A stretch of 64,000 bases of DNA from Erythrobacter cryptus (GCA_046297575.1 JBKBHR010000015.1:2664-66663); one strand, 5' to 3'; positions 10,231 through 24,070 are shown, counted from the stretch's first letter. Notes: a model not told the origin generated them from the sequence alone. Numbers and translations: made by a program.

Positions 10231-10933
10231 GCGACCCGCCCACTGCGGTGCGGCGCCTCTCCACCACCCGGCGCAGGGCATTGACATAGGTCTCGGGCGC
10301 CTGCGCTCCGGGGATCAGGAACCTGCCTTCGACGATCATCGCAGGAACCCCGGTGATGTTCATGTCATGGGCCTCGCGCTGTTCGGCGCGCACGCGCGCA
10401 TCGAGCGCCGTATCCGCGAGCGCCGCGCGCGCCGCCAGCCGGTGCAGCCCCACGCTGGCAGCGATCTCGAGCAGCACCTCGGGATCGGCCAGGTTGCGGC
10501 GCTGGTTGAAATGCGCGCGGAACAGCGCGAGCTTGAGCGCGGTCTGCACCGCGGGCCCGGCCTCATCGAGCGCAAAGGCGAGGAGCTTGTGGCAGGCGCG
10601 GGTGTTCCACATCATCGCTGTCGGCGCCGCGCCTTCGCCTTCCCAGGCAAGCGAGACCCCGGCCTCGGCGGCCAACGCCTGCATCTGGCCGCGAATCGCC
10701 GCGCCTTGCGCAGCCGAACGGCCATATTTGCGTTGCAGGTGGGCTTCCTGTTCCTCGCCCTCGGGCGGCATGTCGGGGTTGAGTTCAAACGGGCGCCAGC
10801 GGATGCTTGCGGCGATCTCGCCCTGCAACTGGTCAAGCGCCCGGGACAATTGGCCATAGCCGATCAGGCACCAGGGGCACATGACATCGGAGAAGATGTC
10901 GATGGTGACATGCTCGGGCGCGGCGCTGCTCAT
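10223..10933 (-). CDS. DsbA/FrnE-family thioredoxin-fold oxidoreductase
   Basis: FSDVMCPWCLIG, WRPFELNPDMP, GVP motifs. Start 10933 overlaps the nudC stop (ATGA). Confidence 0.88.
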   Translation of the reverse strand: MSSAAPEHVTIDIFSDVMCPWCLIGYGQLSRALDQLQGEIAASIRWRPFELNPDMPPEGEEQEAHLQRKYGRSAAQGAAIRGQMQALAAEAGVSLAWEGEGAAPTAMMWNTRACHKLLAFALDEAGPAVQTALKLALFRAHFNQRRNLADPEVLLEIAASVGLHRLAARAALADTALDARVRAEQREAHDMNITGVPAMIVEGRFLIPGAQAPETYVNALRRVVERRRTAVGGSLT

Positions 10934-11847
10934 TGGTCGAGCCACCAGCAGATGAGGTGATGGGCAATGGCAAAGGGGCGCGGAAAATAGAGCAGGTCGG
11001 TCCCCGCCTCGCCCGCGGCGCGCGCGGCCTCGAGCTCGGCGCGGGTGAACCAGCGCGCGTCCTCAAGCTCGGTGGTGTCGATATTGAGTGCCGGGTCGTC
11101 AGCCACGCTGGTGCAGCCGATCATCAGCTGGCTGGGGAAGGGCCAGGGCTGGCTGGCGATGTAGCGCACATCGCGCACGGCAACGCCCGCCTCCTCGCGG
11201 ATCTCGCGCACCACGGCTTCCTCGATGGTCTCGCCCGGTTCGACAAAGCCTGCGAGCGCCGAATACATCTTCGGCGGAAAGCGCGGCTGGCGGCCGAGCA
11301 GCAGCTTGCCCTCGTGCTCGACCAGCATGATCGTCACCGGATCGGTGCGGGGGAAGTGATCGGCCCCGCAGGCCGCGCAGTGGCGCTGCCAGCCACCCTT
11401 GGCGAGCCGTGTCGGCGCGCCGCAGCGGGCGCAGAAGCGGTGGCGCGCGTGCCAATCAACCAGGCTGCGCGCGGCGCCATAGATGGCAAGATCAGGCGGT
11501 GAGAGCTGGGTCATCAGCGCCCAGGCGCGCGGCGCGGAAGCGCCCTGGGCATAGGCCGGCCCCTCGGCCCCCCGCGCCGGCACGGGGGCGAAATGGGCCT
11601 TGCCCTCGATGAGGCCGAGGAACACCAGCTCGGCCTCGGGCGCGACATCGGCAAGGCTGCCCCAGACAAGCCCGCCCTGATCGTCCACCCCCGGCAACAG
11701 CCCATCGAGCAGCAGCACCCGCGCGCGCCAGTTCATCAGCCCGGCAAGCGCTTCATCGTCCATGCGGATGTGATCGGCCCGATCGAGCGGCGATCCGGCA
11801 AAGGCGATTGGCGCGGGCGCGGCGGGGGGCATGGCTGCAAGCATCAC
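10930..11847 (-). CDS. nudC: NAD(H) diphosphatase NudC
   Basis: Zn finger CARC...CAAC, Nudix box GFVEPGETIEEAVVREIREEAG, SQPWPFP signature. The start may be ATG 11832. Confidence 0.93.
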   Translation of the reverse strand: MMLAAMPPAAPAPIAFAGSPLDRADHIRMDDEALAGLMNWRARVLLLDGLLPGVDDQGGLVWGSLADVAPEAELVFLGLIEGKAHFAPVPARGAEGPAYAQGASAPRAWALMTQLSPPDLAIYGAARSLVDWHARHRFCARCGAPTRLAKGGWQRHCAACGADHFPRTDPVTIMLVEHEGKLLLGRQPRFPPKMYSALAGFVEPGETIEEAVVREIREEAGVAVRDVRYIASQPWPFPSQLMIGCTSVADDPALNIDTTELEDARWFTRAELEAARAAGEAGTDLLYFPRPFAIAHHLICWWLDQ

Positions 11848-13166
11848 GCCGCCTTGCGCTCGGCCCGCAGCGCGGCCATGTCGGCCTCGATCGCCGCCTG
11901 GAACTCGGCGCGCACCGGATAGGCCTCGGCCGGCATGTATTGGGTGTAAAGGCCGCTGCGCAGCTTGAGATCGAAATCGACCGCGGCGAGCGTGCCCGCC
12001 GCCCCGCCCCAGCCATATTGCGCCCCGCGCACGCGCCCGCCCGCGCCGTGGCCCTCGCCCGCGATCCAGGTGCCCGAAAGATCAACCCCTGGGGGCAAAA
12101 GGTCGGAGGTGCCGGTGCGCACCGCTTCCTCGCTCATCACGAAGCGGCCATCGATGCGGCCATAGCCGAGCAGCATCCGCAAGAAGCGGTCATAGTCCTT
12201 GGGGCTCGAGACCAGCCCGCCGCCGCCTGCGGGCACCTCGGGCGGATCGAGATAGACCGAACTCGCCCCCGGATCGATCGGGAAGGGGGTGCCGCCGACG
12301 ATTCCGTAATTGTCGGTGAGGCGGTGCGCCTCGCTGCGCGGCACGGTCATGAAGGTGCTGGTCATGCCGCAGGGTTCGAAGAGGCGTTTCTGCAGGAAAG
12401 CCTCGAAGGGCATCCCGCTGGCCACCTCGATCACCCGGCCGAGCAGATCGATGCTGCAGGAATAGCTCCAGCGCGTGCCGGGCTGATACATCAGCGGCAA
12501 TTGCGCCAGCCGGTCGGCCCAGGCGGCAAGCCCCGGCGCCGGGGTGACGGGCGGAAAGCCCGGCAGCGGCATGCGGCTGACCCGCCCGCCGACGATCCCC
12601 TGCGCATTGAAGGCATCGCGCAGCGGCCCCTTGCTGACGATCTGGTAGCCAAGCCCGGCGGTGTGGGTGAGCAGGTGGCGGATGGTGATCGGGCGGATCG
12701 CCGGCACGGTGTTGTCGAGCGGGCCTTCGGGATCAACCAGCACCTGCATGTCGCGAAAGGCGGGCAGGATTTCATAGAGCGGCTGGTCAAGAGCGAGCCT
12801 GCCCTCATCGATCAGGATCATCGTCGCCATGCCGGTGATGGGCTTTGACATCGAATAGATGCGGTAGAGCGAGTTCTCGTCCACCGGCTCGGCCTTGCCG
12901 AGCGCGAGCGTGCCACCGCCCACCGTGTGGGCATGGGGCGCGTCCCCCCAGCCGAAGGTCATCAGCATGTTGGCAACCTTGCCGGTCTCGACATAGCGGC
13001 GCGCGAGGGCCGCGACATTGGGCCAGCTTTCCGAGGCATCGTGCAGCGCCAGGGCCGCCCGGCCAAAGGGGAGGGTCGAAAGCATCGCCCCGCCGCTCAT
13101 CAGCACGCTGGCACGGATCAGCGCGCGGCGGGAGAACATGGGGGCGGCAGCGGGGTGGATGGACAT
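11844..13166 (-). CDS. Serine hydrolase, beta-lactamase/esterase family, probable Tat export
   Basis: SxxK motif YSMSKP, LLTHTAG, PGTRWSYS; N-terminal SRRALI twin-arginine signal. Start at ATG 13166. Confidence 0.88.
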   Translation of the reverse strand: MSIHPAAAPMFSRRALIRASVLMSGGAMLSTLPFGRAALALHDASESWPNVAALARRYVETGKVANMLMTFGWGDAPHAHTVGGGTLALGKAEPVDENSLYRIYSMSKPITGMATMILIDEGRLALDQPLYEILPAFRDMQVLVDPEGPLDNTVPAIRPITIRHLLTHTAGLGYQIVSKGPLRDAFNAQGIVGGRVSRMPLPGFPPVTPAPGLAAWADRLAQLPLMYQPGTRWSYSCSIDLLGRVIEVASGMPFEAFLQKRLFEPCGMTSTFMTVPRSEAHRLTDNYGIVGGTPFPIDPGASSVYLDPPEVPAGGGGLVSSPKDYDRFLRMLLGYGRIDGRFVMSEEAVRTGTSDLLPPGVDLSGTWIAGEGHGAGGRVRGAQYGWGGAAGTLAAVDFDLKLRSGLYTQYMPAEAYPVRAEFQAAIEADMAALRAERKAA

Positions 13167-13298
13167 GGGGCAAGAATCTCCGGCTGGGATGCGCGCCCCT
13201 TCCTGCGGCAGGGCGCCGGGCTGGTCAATCGCCGCGCAGCAAGCGCCGCGGCGCGCAGGGCGCTTGCACGCGGGCAGTGTCTTATCTATATAAGACAC

Positions 13299-13520
13299 AT
13301 GCTCAACGCGCTTGCCTATCTCGTCGGCCTGGTGAGCCTGGTGATCGTGATCCCGGCGCAGATCCCGCTGCTGGGCTGGGCCAATTGGCTGGCCCTGCCG
13401 CTGATCGTGGTCGGGATCGTTCTGGGGGCGCTGTCGGACCGTGATGGCGGGCGCAATTTCTGCCTGATCGTGCTGCTGATCGCGGCCATCCGCCTGACGC
13501 TGGGCGGCGGGGTGATCTAG
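13299..13520 (+). CDS. Small (73 aa) membrane protein of unknown function
   Basis: MLNALAYLVGLVSLVIVIPAQIPLLGWANW...; three hydrophobic stretches; the only plausible coding frame in the gap. Confidence 0.7.
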   Translation: MLNALAYLVGLVSLVIVIPAQIPLLGWANWLALPLIVVGIVLGALSDRDGGRNFCLIVLLIAAIRLTLGGGVI

Positions 13521-14578
13521 CCGCCCGCCGCGCGCGCCAGCCTGGCTGCCTTGAGGAACAGGCTGGCAAGCCCGGCCCGCTCGATCGTGCCCACCGGCCA
13601 CCATGCCCCCTCCCCTGGCGGATCGGCACTGGCTTCAAGCGCCTCGACGGCAAGGGTGAGCCGCGCATGGGTAAAGCCGTGGCGCACCGCGCCGAGCATC
13701 CGGCGCGGGCCCGCGATCGGGGCGCGGCCCGTGCCATCGGCGCGCGCGCTCCAGCCATCATCGGGCAGCGCGCGCATCCCGCCCAGCATCCCGCGCGGCG
13801 GGCGGGTGACGAGCCACACCTCGGCGCCGCCAGGTGCCGCGGGATTGGCGCGGGCGATCCAGAAGGCGGTGCCGCGCCGCTCGGGCACGGCGCGCTTGGG
13901 CAGGCGCCGGGGCAGCGATTCAGCATCGCCAGCGGCGCGCGCGGCGCAATCCTCGGCGAGCGGGCACAGCGGGCAGCGCGGCGCGCGGGGGGTGCAGACC
14001 TGGCTGCCCAGATCCATCATTGCCTGCGCAAAGTCCCCGGCGCGCGCCGCGGGGGTGATGGTCTCGGCCGCGGCGCGGATATGCGGCCGCGCCACCGGCA
14101 GCGGCGTGGTGATGGCAAAGAGCCGCGCCACCACCCGCTCGACATTGGCATCGACCACCACCGCGCGCGCGCCAAAGGCAATCGCGGCGATCGCCGCGGC
14201 GGTATAGGGCCCAAGCCCGGGAAGCCGGCGCAGCTCGGCCTCGCTGCGGGGAAATCCGCCGCGCGCCGCCACCTCGCGGGCGCAGCGCAACAGGTTGCGC
14301 GCGCGCGAATAATAGCCAAGGCCCGCCCAGGCCGCCATCACCGCGGCCTCATCGGCGCGGGCAAGCGCAGCGATGCTCGGCCAGGTGGCGATGAAGCGGG
14401 CGAAATAGGGCTTGGCCGCGGCCACCGTGGTCTGTTGCAGCATGATCTCGGACAGCCACACGCGATAGGCAAAGCCGGGATCGTCGGGCCGCGGCGCCCC
14501 GGGGGGCAGGCGCCAGGGCAGATCGCGGGCATGGCGATCATACCAGGCAAGCAGTTTGTCGGAGATGCTGGCACCCAC
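13517..14578 (-). CDS. mutY: A/G-specific adenine glycosylase
   Basis: VWLSEIMLQQT, WAGLGYYSRARNL, HhH LPGLGPYTA, FeS loop C..R.P.C..CPL..C. Confidence 0.95.
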   Translation of the reverse strand: MGASISDKLLAWYDRHARDLPWRLPPGAPRPDDPGFAYRVWLSEIMLQQTTVAAAKPYFARFIATWPSIAALARADEAAVMAAWAGLGYYSRARNLLRCAREVAARGGFPRSEAELRRLPGLGPYTAAAIAAIAFGARAVVVDANVERVVARLFAITTPLPVARPHIRAAAETITPAARAGDFAQAMMDLGSQVCTPRAPRCPLCPLAEDCAARAAGDAESLPRRLPKRAVPERRGTAFWIARANPAAPGGAEVWLVTRPPRGMLGGMRALPDDGWSARADGTGRAPIAGPRRMLGAVRHGFTHARLTLAVEALEASADPPGEGAWWPVGTIERAGLASLFLKAARLARAAGG

Positions 14579-14592
14579 GCCGCGCCTATGGC

Positions 14593-15183
14593 ATGGCAGG
14601 CGCCATGACGCAAAGCGGCCCGCGCCATCCCGCCAAACCCGGCAAAGCCAAGCCCGGCAAGCCCCAGCCCTATGTCCGCCCGCGCGGGCAGGGGGTGCGC
14701 GCGATCGGCGAGCTGACGCCCGAGATCGGCCGGGCGGCCTTTCGCCGCTTCGGCTTCGTGCAAAGCTCGGTGGTCACCCGCTGGAGCGAGATCGTCGGGC
14801 CCGAGCACGCCCGGGTGTGCCGGCCCGAGGCGATCCGCTTTCCCCCGGGCGAGAAGGCCGAAGGGATTCTCGATCTGGTGGTGGTCCCGGCCCATGCCCC
14901 GCTGATCCAGCAGCTTGGCGAGGAGATCATCACGCGGGTCAACCGCTTCTTCGGCTATCGCGCTCTGGCGCGCATCAAGCTGCGCCAGGGCCGGGTATCC
15001 CCCCCGCCCGAAAGCCGCCCGCCCCCGCCTGCGCCTTCGCTCAAGCCGATCCCCATGGAACTGGGCGACAGCCTGCGCGATATCGGCGATCCGGAACTGC
15101 GCGCCGTGCTCGAATCGCTGGCGCGCAGCCTCACCGAGAGCGAGGCCGCAAGCCCCCCCACCAAGGACGAATACCCCCGATGA
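14593..15183 (+). CDS. DUF721 / DciA-like helicase-loading protein
   Basis: FGF....VVTRWSEIVG...A....PEAIRFP...INRFFGY.A.ARIKL.QG pattern; conserved position divergent from mutY and upstream of DsbA-smc. Confidence 0.8.
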   Translation: MAGAMTQSGPRHPAKPGKAKPGKPQPYVRPRGQGVRAIGELTPEIGRAAFRRFGFVQSSVVTRWSEIVGPEHARVCRPEAIRFPPGEKAEGILDLVVVPAHAPLIQQLGEEIITRVNRFFGYRALARIKLRQGRVSPPPESRPPPPAPSLKPIPMELGDSLRDIGDPELRAVLESLARSLTESEAASPPTKDEYPR

Positions 15184-15932
15184 TGAAGCCGCTTGTTCTT
15201 GCCGCTGCCGCCGCCGCGGGCGCGCTGGCGCTTGCCGGGGCCGCCCCGCTCGCCGGGCAGCCGAGCCTTGCCAGCGCCCAAGGCAGCCTTGCCCCCAAGC
15301 CCAAGGCCAAGGCCTGGCAGGCGACCATCACCCGCACGCCGCGCGGCCACCTCATCGGCAATCCCGAGGCGGAAGCGCGGCTGATCGAGTTCATCAGCTA
15401 CACCTGCCCGCATTGCGCGCAGTTTGCGATCGAGGGCGAACCGGCGATCGAGCTGGCGCTGCTTGGCCCGGGCAAGCTCGCGCTCGAGGTGCGCCCGGTG
15501 ATCCGCAACGCCATCGACCTTACCGTGTCGCTGCTCGCCCAGTGCGGCGATCCCGCCGGGTTCAAGACCCGCCACCAGGTGCTGATGCTCTCGCAGAACG
15601 ACTGGCTGGCGCGCGCCGAGAACGCGCCGCAAAGCCAGCAGCAGATCTGGGCGCGGGGCGACAAGGCGGCGCGGATGAACATGGCCAGCGCGCTCGGGCT
15701 TTCGGCGATGCTGGCAAAGCGCGGGCAGAGCCAGGCCGAGATCGATGCCTGTCTCATGGATGATGCCGCCGCCAAGGCGCTGATCCGCAATGCCAGGGAT
15801 GATTACGCCGAGTTTGCGGTGCCCGGCACGCCGAGCTTTGCGCTCGATGGCAAGCTGCTTGCCGATGTCCACAGCTGGAAGGCGCTCTATCCGGTGCTCT
15901 CGGCCCGCTTTGCCCCGCAAGCTCCCGGCTGA
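15180..15932 (+). CDS. DsbA-family thioredoxin-fold protein (exported)
   Basis: Signal peptide, GNPEA, SYTCPHC, GTPSF; ATGA overlap with the upstream gene. Confidence 0.88.
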   Translation: MMKPLVLAAAAAAGALALAGAAPLAGQPSLASAQGSLAPKPKAKAWQATITRTPRGHLIGNPEAEARLIEFISYTCPHCAQFAIEGEPAIELALLGPGKLALEVRPVIRNAIDLTVSLLAQCGDPAGFKTRHQVLMLSQNDWLARAENAPQSQQQIWARGDKAARMNMASALGLSAMLAKRGQSQAEIDACLMDDAAAKALIRNARDDYAEFAVPGTPSFALDGKLLADVHSWKALYPVLSARFAPQAPG

Positions 15933-16029
15933 TCCCGGCTGTTCACAGCCGAGCGGGCGCCCCTTGCTGCGCGGGCGCGCGCGCGGCTATCACCTCAACC
16001 CAAGACCCTTGCTCAAGGATCCCGTGCCG

Positions 16030-16785
16030 ATGCGAAAGTCCCGCCTGCGCCTGCCCCTCCTTCTCGCGCTTGCCCCGCTCGCGCTTGCCGCCTGCTCCGA
16101 TGCCACGGATGCCACCGGCGCGGGTGGGGCGGCCAATGGCGAGCCGATCCCGGCGATCGCCCCGCCGCCGGGCACCAAATGGGCCGATGTCGTCGCGGTG
16201 ACGGACGAGGGCGGCTATCGCATCGGCAATCCGCAAGCGCCGATCAAGCTCGTCGAATATGCCTCGCACACCTGTTCCCACTGCGCCGAGTTTGCCCAGA
16301 CCGGCAAGCCGGTGCTCAAGGACAAGTATGTCGCGAGCGGCGTGGTCAGCTTCGAACAGCGCGAGACCTTTCTCAACAGCTTCGATCTCGTGATTGCCCT
16401 GCTCGCCCGGTGCGGGGCCAAGGAACAGTATCAGCCGCTGTCCGATCAGGTGTGGCAGAACCTGCCAGCCGTGTTCCAGGGCCTGCAGGGCAATCCGCAG
16501 GCGGTCGAGGCCGCGGGCCGCTTGCCGATCGATCAGCGCTTCTTCGCGATCGCTGAGGCGACAGGGCTGATCGCATTCTTCTCCGCCCGCGGCATCAGCG
16601 CCGATCAGGCGCGCGTCTGCCTCTCCGACAGCGCCAGGATCGACGCCCTCGTCAAACAGGTCGAAGCCAACAATGCCCGCGACAAGGTGACCGGCACCCC
16701 GACCTTCCTGCTCAACGGCAGCAAGCTCGACGTGACCCAGTGGCAGCAGCTCGAACCGCTGCTGCAACGCGCCGGGGCGCGCTGA
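16030..16785 (+). CDS. DsbA-family thioredoxin-fold lipoprotein
   Basis: Lipobox LAAC, GNPQAPIKLVEYASHTCSHC, GTPTF. Confidence 0.88.
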   Translation: MRKSRLRLPLLLALAPLALAACSDATDATGAGGAANGEPIPAIAPPPGTKWADVVAVTDEGGYRIGNPQAPIKLVEYASHTCSHCAEFAQTGKPVLKDKYVASGVVSFEQRETFLNSFDLVIALLARCGAKEQYQPLSDQVWQNLPAVFQGLQGNPQAVEAAGRLPIDQRFFAIAEATGLIAFFSARGISADQARVCLSDSARIDALVKQVEANNARDKVTGTPTFLLNGSKLDVTQWQQLEPLLQRAGAR

Positions 16786-16818
16786 GGGCGCCGGCAGCGG
16801 GGGGCAGGCGCGCAGCCG

Positions 16819-20241
<3,423 letters not shown>

Positions 20242-20244
20242 ACC

Positions 20245-20682
20245 TCACGCCTCGAGCGCGGCGGCGAGGCGGGCGCGGATGGCCTTGAGCGCGGCGATCG
20301 TCTCGGCGAGGTCTTCGCCCCCCTCGTCCACCAGCAGCCGCACCCCGGGCGCGCCATCGGCATCGGGCGCGGTGGCGCGGCGCTCGCCGCTGCGCCGCTC
20401 GGCGGTGCGCCGATCATGCGGCGCGCGCGCGGCGGCGCGCAGCACCGCCTCGGCGCCCTTGAGGGTATAGCCCTCGCGGTTGACCAGCCGATCGATCTCG
20501 GCGATCAGCGCCACGTCCTCGGGCCGGTAGTAGCGCCGCCCGCCGCTGCGCTTCAAAGGCCTGAGCAGCGGGAACTGCGCTTCCCAGTAACGCAGCACAT
20601 GGGGCTTGATCCCGAGCCTGTCGCTCACCTCGCCGATGGTGCGCAGCGCGCCCTCGTCCTTGCGCTCGTCAAACCCGGGCAT
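20245..20682 (-). CDS. MerR-family HTH regulator (ihfA-linked)
   Basis: RTIGEVS..LGIKPHVLRYWEAQFP.LRPLKRSGGRRYY; conserved position after ihfA. Confidence 0.9.
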   Translation of the reverse strand: MPGFDERKDEGALRTIGEVSDRLGIKPHVLRYWEAQFPLLRPLKRSGGRRYYRPEDVALIAEIDRLVNREGYTLKGAEAVLRAAARAPHDRRTAERRSGERRATAPDADGAPGVRLLVDEGGEDLAETIAALKAIRARLAAALEA

Positions 20683-20703
20683 CGTGCCTCACATGCCTTG
20701 CGA

Positions 20704-21003
20704 TCACCCCTTGGCGATCCGCTCCTTGAGCAGCTGGCTGGCGCGGAAGGTGAGCACCCGGCGCGGGGTGATCGGCACTTCCACGCCGGTCTTGGGGTTG
20801 CGCCCGATGCGCTCGTTCTTGTCGCGCAGCACGAAGCTGCCGAACCCCGAGATCTTGACGTTCTCGCCCCGGGCCAGGGCATCGCTCATCTTGGTGAGGA
20901 TGGCTTCGACCAGATCGAGCGACTCGGCCCGGCTGAAGCCCATCTTGCGGTTGATCACTTCAGCCAGATCGGCCCGGGTCAAGGTGCCCACCGAACGCAT
21001 CAT
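20704..21003 (-). CDS. ihfA: Integration host factor subunit alpha
   Basis: [47 protein letters not shown]. Confidence 0.96.
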   Translation of the reverse strand: MMRSVGTLTRADLAEVINRKMGFSRAESLDLVEAILTKMSDALARGENVKISGFGSFVLRDKNERIGRNPKTGVEVPITPRRVLTFRASQLLKERIAKG

Positions 21004-21043
21004 GCGAACTCTCCCTCGCGGCGCGACCCGAAAGATGGCGTGC

Positions 21044-21072
21044 TGCTTACAGATTTTTCGCCGCTTTTGCAA
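21044..21072 (-). promoter_or_regulatory. Putative sigma70 promoter for ihfA
   Basis: Minus strand reads TTGCAA-N17-TAAGCA in the fabH-ihfA gap. Confidence 0.5.
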
Positions 21073-21143
21073 CGCGATGCCCGAAAATGGCGGGGACAGC
21101 GCAAGGCTCCTGTCAGCCGCTGGGAGACAAGCGGCCGGCAGCG

Positions 21144-22121
21144 CTACATGCGGATCAGGCTTGCCCCCCAGGTAAAGCCCCCGCCCATCGCCTCGAGCAT
21201 GACCAGATCGCCCGCGTGGATGCGCCCGTCCCGGCGCGCGACATCGAGCGCCAGCGGCACCGAGGCGGCCGAGGTGTTGGCGTGATCCTGCACCGTCATC
21301 ACCACCTTTTCAGGCGCGATGCCGAGCTTCCTGGCGGTGGCATCGAGGATGCGGGCATTGGCCTGGTGCGGCACCACCCAATCGATCTCATCGACAGAAA
21401 CCTGAGCTTCCTCAAGCACTTCCTTGAGCACATCGGCAAGGTTGACAACCGCGTGGCGGAACACCTCCTGCCCGCGCATGCGCACGTGGCCCACGCTCCT
21501 GGTGGTCGAAGGCCCGCCATCGACATAGAGCAGATCGTGGCAGGTGCCATCGGCATGGAGCCGGGTGGCGATGATCCCCGGGGCCTGCGGATCGCCCGCC
21601 GCTGCAGCCGTGGGCGCCTCGAGCACCACCGCCCCTGCCCCATCGCCAAAGAGCACGCAGGTGGTGCGATCCTCCCAATCGAGAATGCGGCTGAAGGTCT
21701 CCGCACCGATCACGAGCGCGCGCCGGGCCATGCCGGTCTTGAGCAGCGAATCGGCAACGCCAAGCGCATAGAGAAAGCCCGAGCACACCGCCGCGACATC
21801 GAAGGCGATGCCCCCGGTGCAGCCGAGCGCCGCCTGCACCCTGGTGGCGGTGGCGGGAAAGGTGTTGTCGGGCGTGGCGGTGGCGAGCACGATGAGACCG
21901 ATGCTCGACGCATCCACCCCCGCATCGGCCAAGGCCGCGCGGGCCGCGGCGATCGCGAGCGTCGCGGTGGTCTCGCCCTCGCCGGCGATATGGCGCTGGC
22001 GGATGCCGGTGCGCGCGGTGATCCATTCGTCCGAGGTATCGACCCGGCTGGCAAGCTCGGCATTGGTGACGATCCGGCGCGGCAGGGCCGAGCCGGTGCC
22101 GAGCAGGCGCGATCCGCTCAC
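21144..22121 (-). CDS. fabH: Beta-ketoacyl-ACP synthase III
   Basis: DVAAVCSGF catalytic Cys, [14 protein letters not shown]. Confidence 0.96.
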   Translation of the reverse strand: MSGSRLLGTGSALPRRIVTNAELASRVDTSDEWITARTGIRQRHIAGEGETTATLAIAAARAALADAGVDASSIGLIVLATATPDNTFPATATRVQAALGCTGGIAFDVAAVCSGFLYALGVADSLLKTGMARRALVIGAETFSRILDWEDRTTCVLFGDGAGAVVLEAPTAAAAGDPQAPGIIATRLHADGTCHDLLYVDGGPSTTRSVGHVRMRGQEVFRHAVVNLADVLKEVLEEAQVSVDEIDWVVPHQANARILDATARKLGIAPEKVVMTVQDHANTSAASVPLALDVARRDGRIHAGDLVMLEAMGGGFTWGASLIRM

Positions 22122-23230
22122 GCCGCGCCCCCGTCGGCGCTGCCGCTCTCGCCGCTGCGCGCCGCCGCCGCGGATGCCTTTCGGGCGGGCCGGTGCAGCG
22201 CGGATTCGCCCAGCTGGGCGAGATCCTGCGCGATGCGCTCGGTCAGCTTGTTCTCGAGCAGCCGCGCGGCCACCGCCACGGCATTGGCCACGCCCTTGGC
22301 GGTGGCGCTGCCGTGGCTTTTGACCACCACGCCGTTGAGGCCAAGGAACACCGCGCCATTGTGGTTGTTGGGATCGAGGTGGTGTTTGAGCAGCTCGGTC
22401 GCCGGGCGCGAGACCAGAAAGCCGATCTTCGAGCGCAGCGAGGAAGTGAAGGCCTGGCGCAGGAGATCGGTGACGAAGCGGGCCGAGCCTTCGATCGCCT
22501 TCAAGGCAATATTGCCGGAAAAGCCGTCGGTGACGACAACGTGGGTCTCGCCGCGGTTGATCTTGTCGCTCTCGACAAAGCCGTCGAAGGTGAGCGCGAG
22601 GCCCTCGGCGCGGGTGGCCTCGGCCAGCGTGGCGGCGGCCTCGCGCAGTTCCTCGGTGCCCTTGATCTCCTCGGTGCCGATGTTGAGCAGCCGCACCACC
22701 GGCTTTTCAAAGCCGTTGACGATGCGCGAATAGGCCGCGCCCATCACCGCGAACTGCACGAGGTTGCGGGCATCGGCCTCGGTGTTGGCGCCCAGATCGA
22801 GCATCACCACGTCATGGGCCTGCAAGGTCGGCATGATCGCAGCGAGCGCCGGGCGATCGATCCCCGGCAAGGTGCGCAGCGCCAGCTTGCTCATCGCCAT
22901 CAGCGCGCCGGTGTTGCCCGCGCTCACCGCAGCGCCGGCAGCGCCGGTCTTCACCGCGTTGACCGCCAGGCCCATGCTGGTGGTCTTGGCCCGGCGGATC
23001 GCCTTGCTCGGCAGCTCGTCGCCCGCCACCACATCATCGGCATGGAGGATCTCGGCAGCGGCGCGCAAGTTTGGGTGGTGCTCGAGCGCCGCCGCGATCC
23101 GCTCGCTGTCCCCCACCAGCAGGAACTTGAAATCGCTATGGCGGCGCCGGGCCAGCGCCGCGCCCTCGACCATCACGCGCACGCCTTCATCCCCGCCCAT
23201 CGCGTCAACGGCGATACGCGGCAAGGTCAT
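22118..23230 (-). CDS. plsX: Phosphate acyltransferase PlsX
   Basis: [44 protein letters not shown]. Confidence 0.96.
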   Translation of the reverse strand: MTLPRIAVDAMGGDEGVRVMVEGAALARRRHSDFKFLLVGDSERIAAALEHHPNLRAAAEILHADDVVAGDELPSKAIRRAKTTSMGLAVNAVKTGAAGAAVSAGNTGALMAMSKLALRTLPGIDRPALAAIMPTLQAHDVVMLDLGANTEADARNLVQFAVMGAAYSRIVNGFEKPVVRLLNIGTEEIKGTEELREAAATLAEATRAEGLALTFDGFVESDKINRGETHVVVTDGFSGNIALKAIEGSARFVTDLLRQAFTSSLRSKIGFLVSRPATELLKHHLDPNNHNGAVFLGLNGVVVKSHGSATAKGVANAVAVAARLLENKLTERIAQDLAQLGESALHRPARKASAAAARSGESGSADGGAA

Positions 23231-23269
23231 GATGCGTGTCTCCGGCCCGATGTGAGGTGTCAGCGGCGC

Positions 23270-23446
23270 TTAGCCGACAGCCACCACCTGACGCCCGTTG
23301 TAAAAGCCGCAATGGCCGCAGATGTTGTGCGGGCGCTTCAATTCCCCGCAATTGGGGCATTCGTGGAAGGCCTCGACCTTCAGCGCATCGTGCGAACGCC
23401 GCATCCCGCGGCGCGAGGGCGTTACTTTTCTCTTGGGGACAGCCAT
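23270..23446 (-). CDS. rpmF: 50S ribosomal protein L32 (Zn-binding form)
   Basis: [19 protein letters not shown]...CPNC...[10 protein letters not shown]. Confidence 0.96.
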   Translation of the reverse strand: MAVPKRKVTPSRRGMRRSHDALKVEAFHECPNCGELKRPHNICGHCGFYNGRQVVAVG

Positions 23447-23591
23447 GGCGGCACCAATTCCTCGAACAAACAGGTCAATCTGCGCCACCGGCGCGGGATT
23501 CGTGCGCCGCCCTTACGGCAAGGCGGCGGCGCGCACAAGCAGGCAAGCCGGCGCGCGCGAAGCCTTGGCCAGAGGCGGCAGGAAGGCGCGC

Positions 23592-23642
23592 GCTATAGCG
23601 AAAAAATCGCGCGTTGCAAGCGGGCGCGCCGCGTCCTAGCAG
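23592..23642. promoter_or_regulatory. Back-to-back putative sigma70 promoters sharing a palindromic -35 (TTGCAA 23614-23619)
   Basis: Minus strand: TTGCAA-N16-TATAGC, towards rpmF. Plus strand: TTGCAA-N17-TAGCAG, towards the MAPEG gene. Confidence 0.45.
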
Positions 23643-23674
23643 CACGGATAGCAACACAAGGGGTCTCATCACCA

Positions 23675-24070
23675 ATGATCATGCTTCCGGTTACGCTTGC
23701 CGCTGCGGCCGCAGCGGCGGTGCTCAACATCTGGCTGGGCCTGCGCATCGCGGCGCTGCGCAATGCGCTTCAGGTGAGCGTCGGCGATGGCGGCAAGGAA
23801 AGCCTCCAGCGGCGGATGCGCGCGCAATTGAACTATGTCGAGAACACGGCCTTCGTGCTGGTGCTGGTTGCGGGAATCGAGCTGGCCGGGCGCGGCGGGG
23901 GCTGGCTCGCCTATGTCGCGGCGGCCTATTTTCTGGGCCGGGTGGCGCATGGCTTCGGCATGGACGGGGGCAAGGCGCAGGTCGGCCGGATGGTCGGCAC
24001 GCTGGTGACGATGCTGGTGCAGCTTGGCCTTGCGGCGGTGGCGGTGCTGACGGTGATGGGCGTGATGTAG
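23675..24070 (+). CDS. MAPEG-family membrane protein (YecN-like)
   Basis: VSVGDGG...LQRRMRAQLNYVEN; R.AH.FGM; four TM segments. Confidence 0.8.
   Translation: MIMLPVTLAAAAAAAVLNIWLGLRIAALRNALQVSVGDGGKESLQRRMRAQLNYVENTAFVLVLVAGIELAGRGGGWLAYVAAAYFLGRVAHGFGMDGGKAQVGRMVGTLVTMLVQLGLAAVAVLTVMGVM

Noticed and set aside
15180-16785. Tandem DsbA genes next to smc
   Set aside because: DUF721-DsbA-smc is a known conserved alphaproteobacterial arrangement, so it is not novel.
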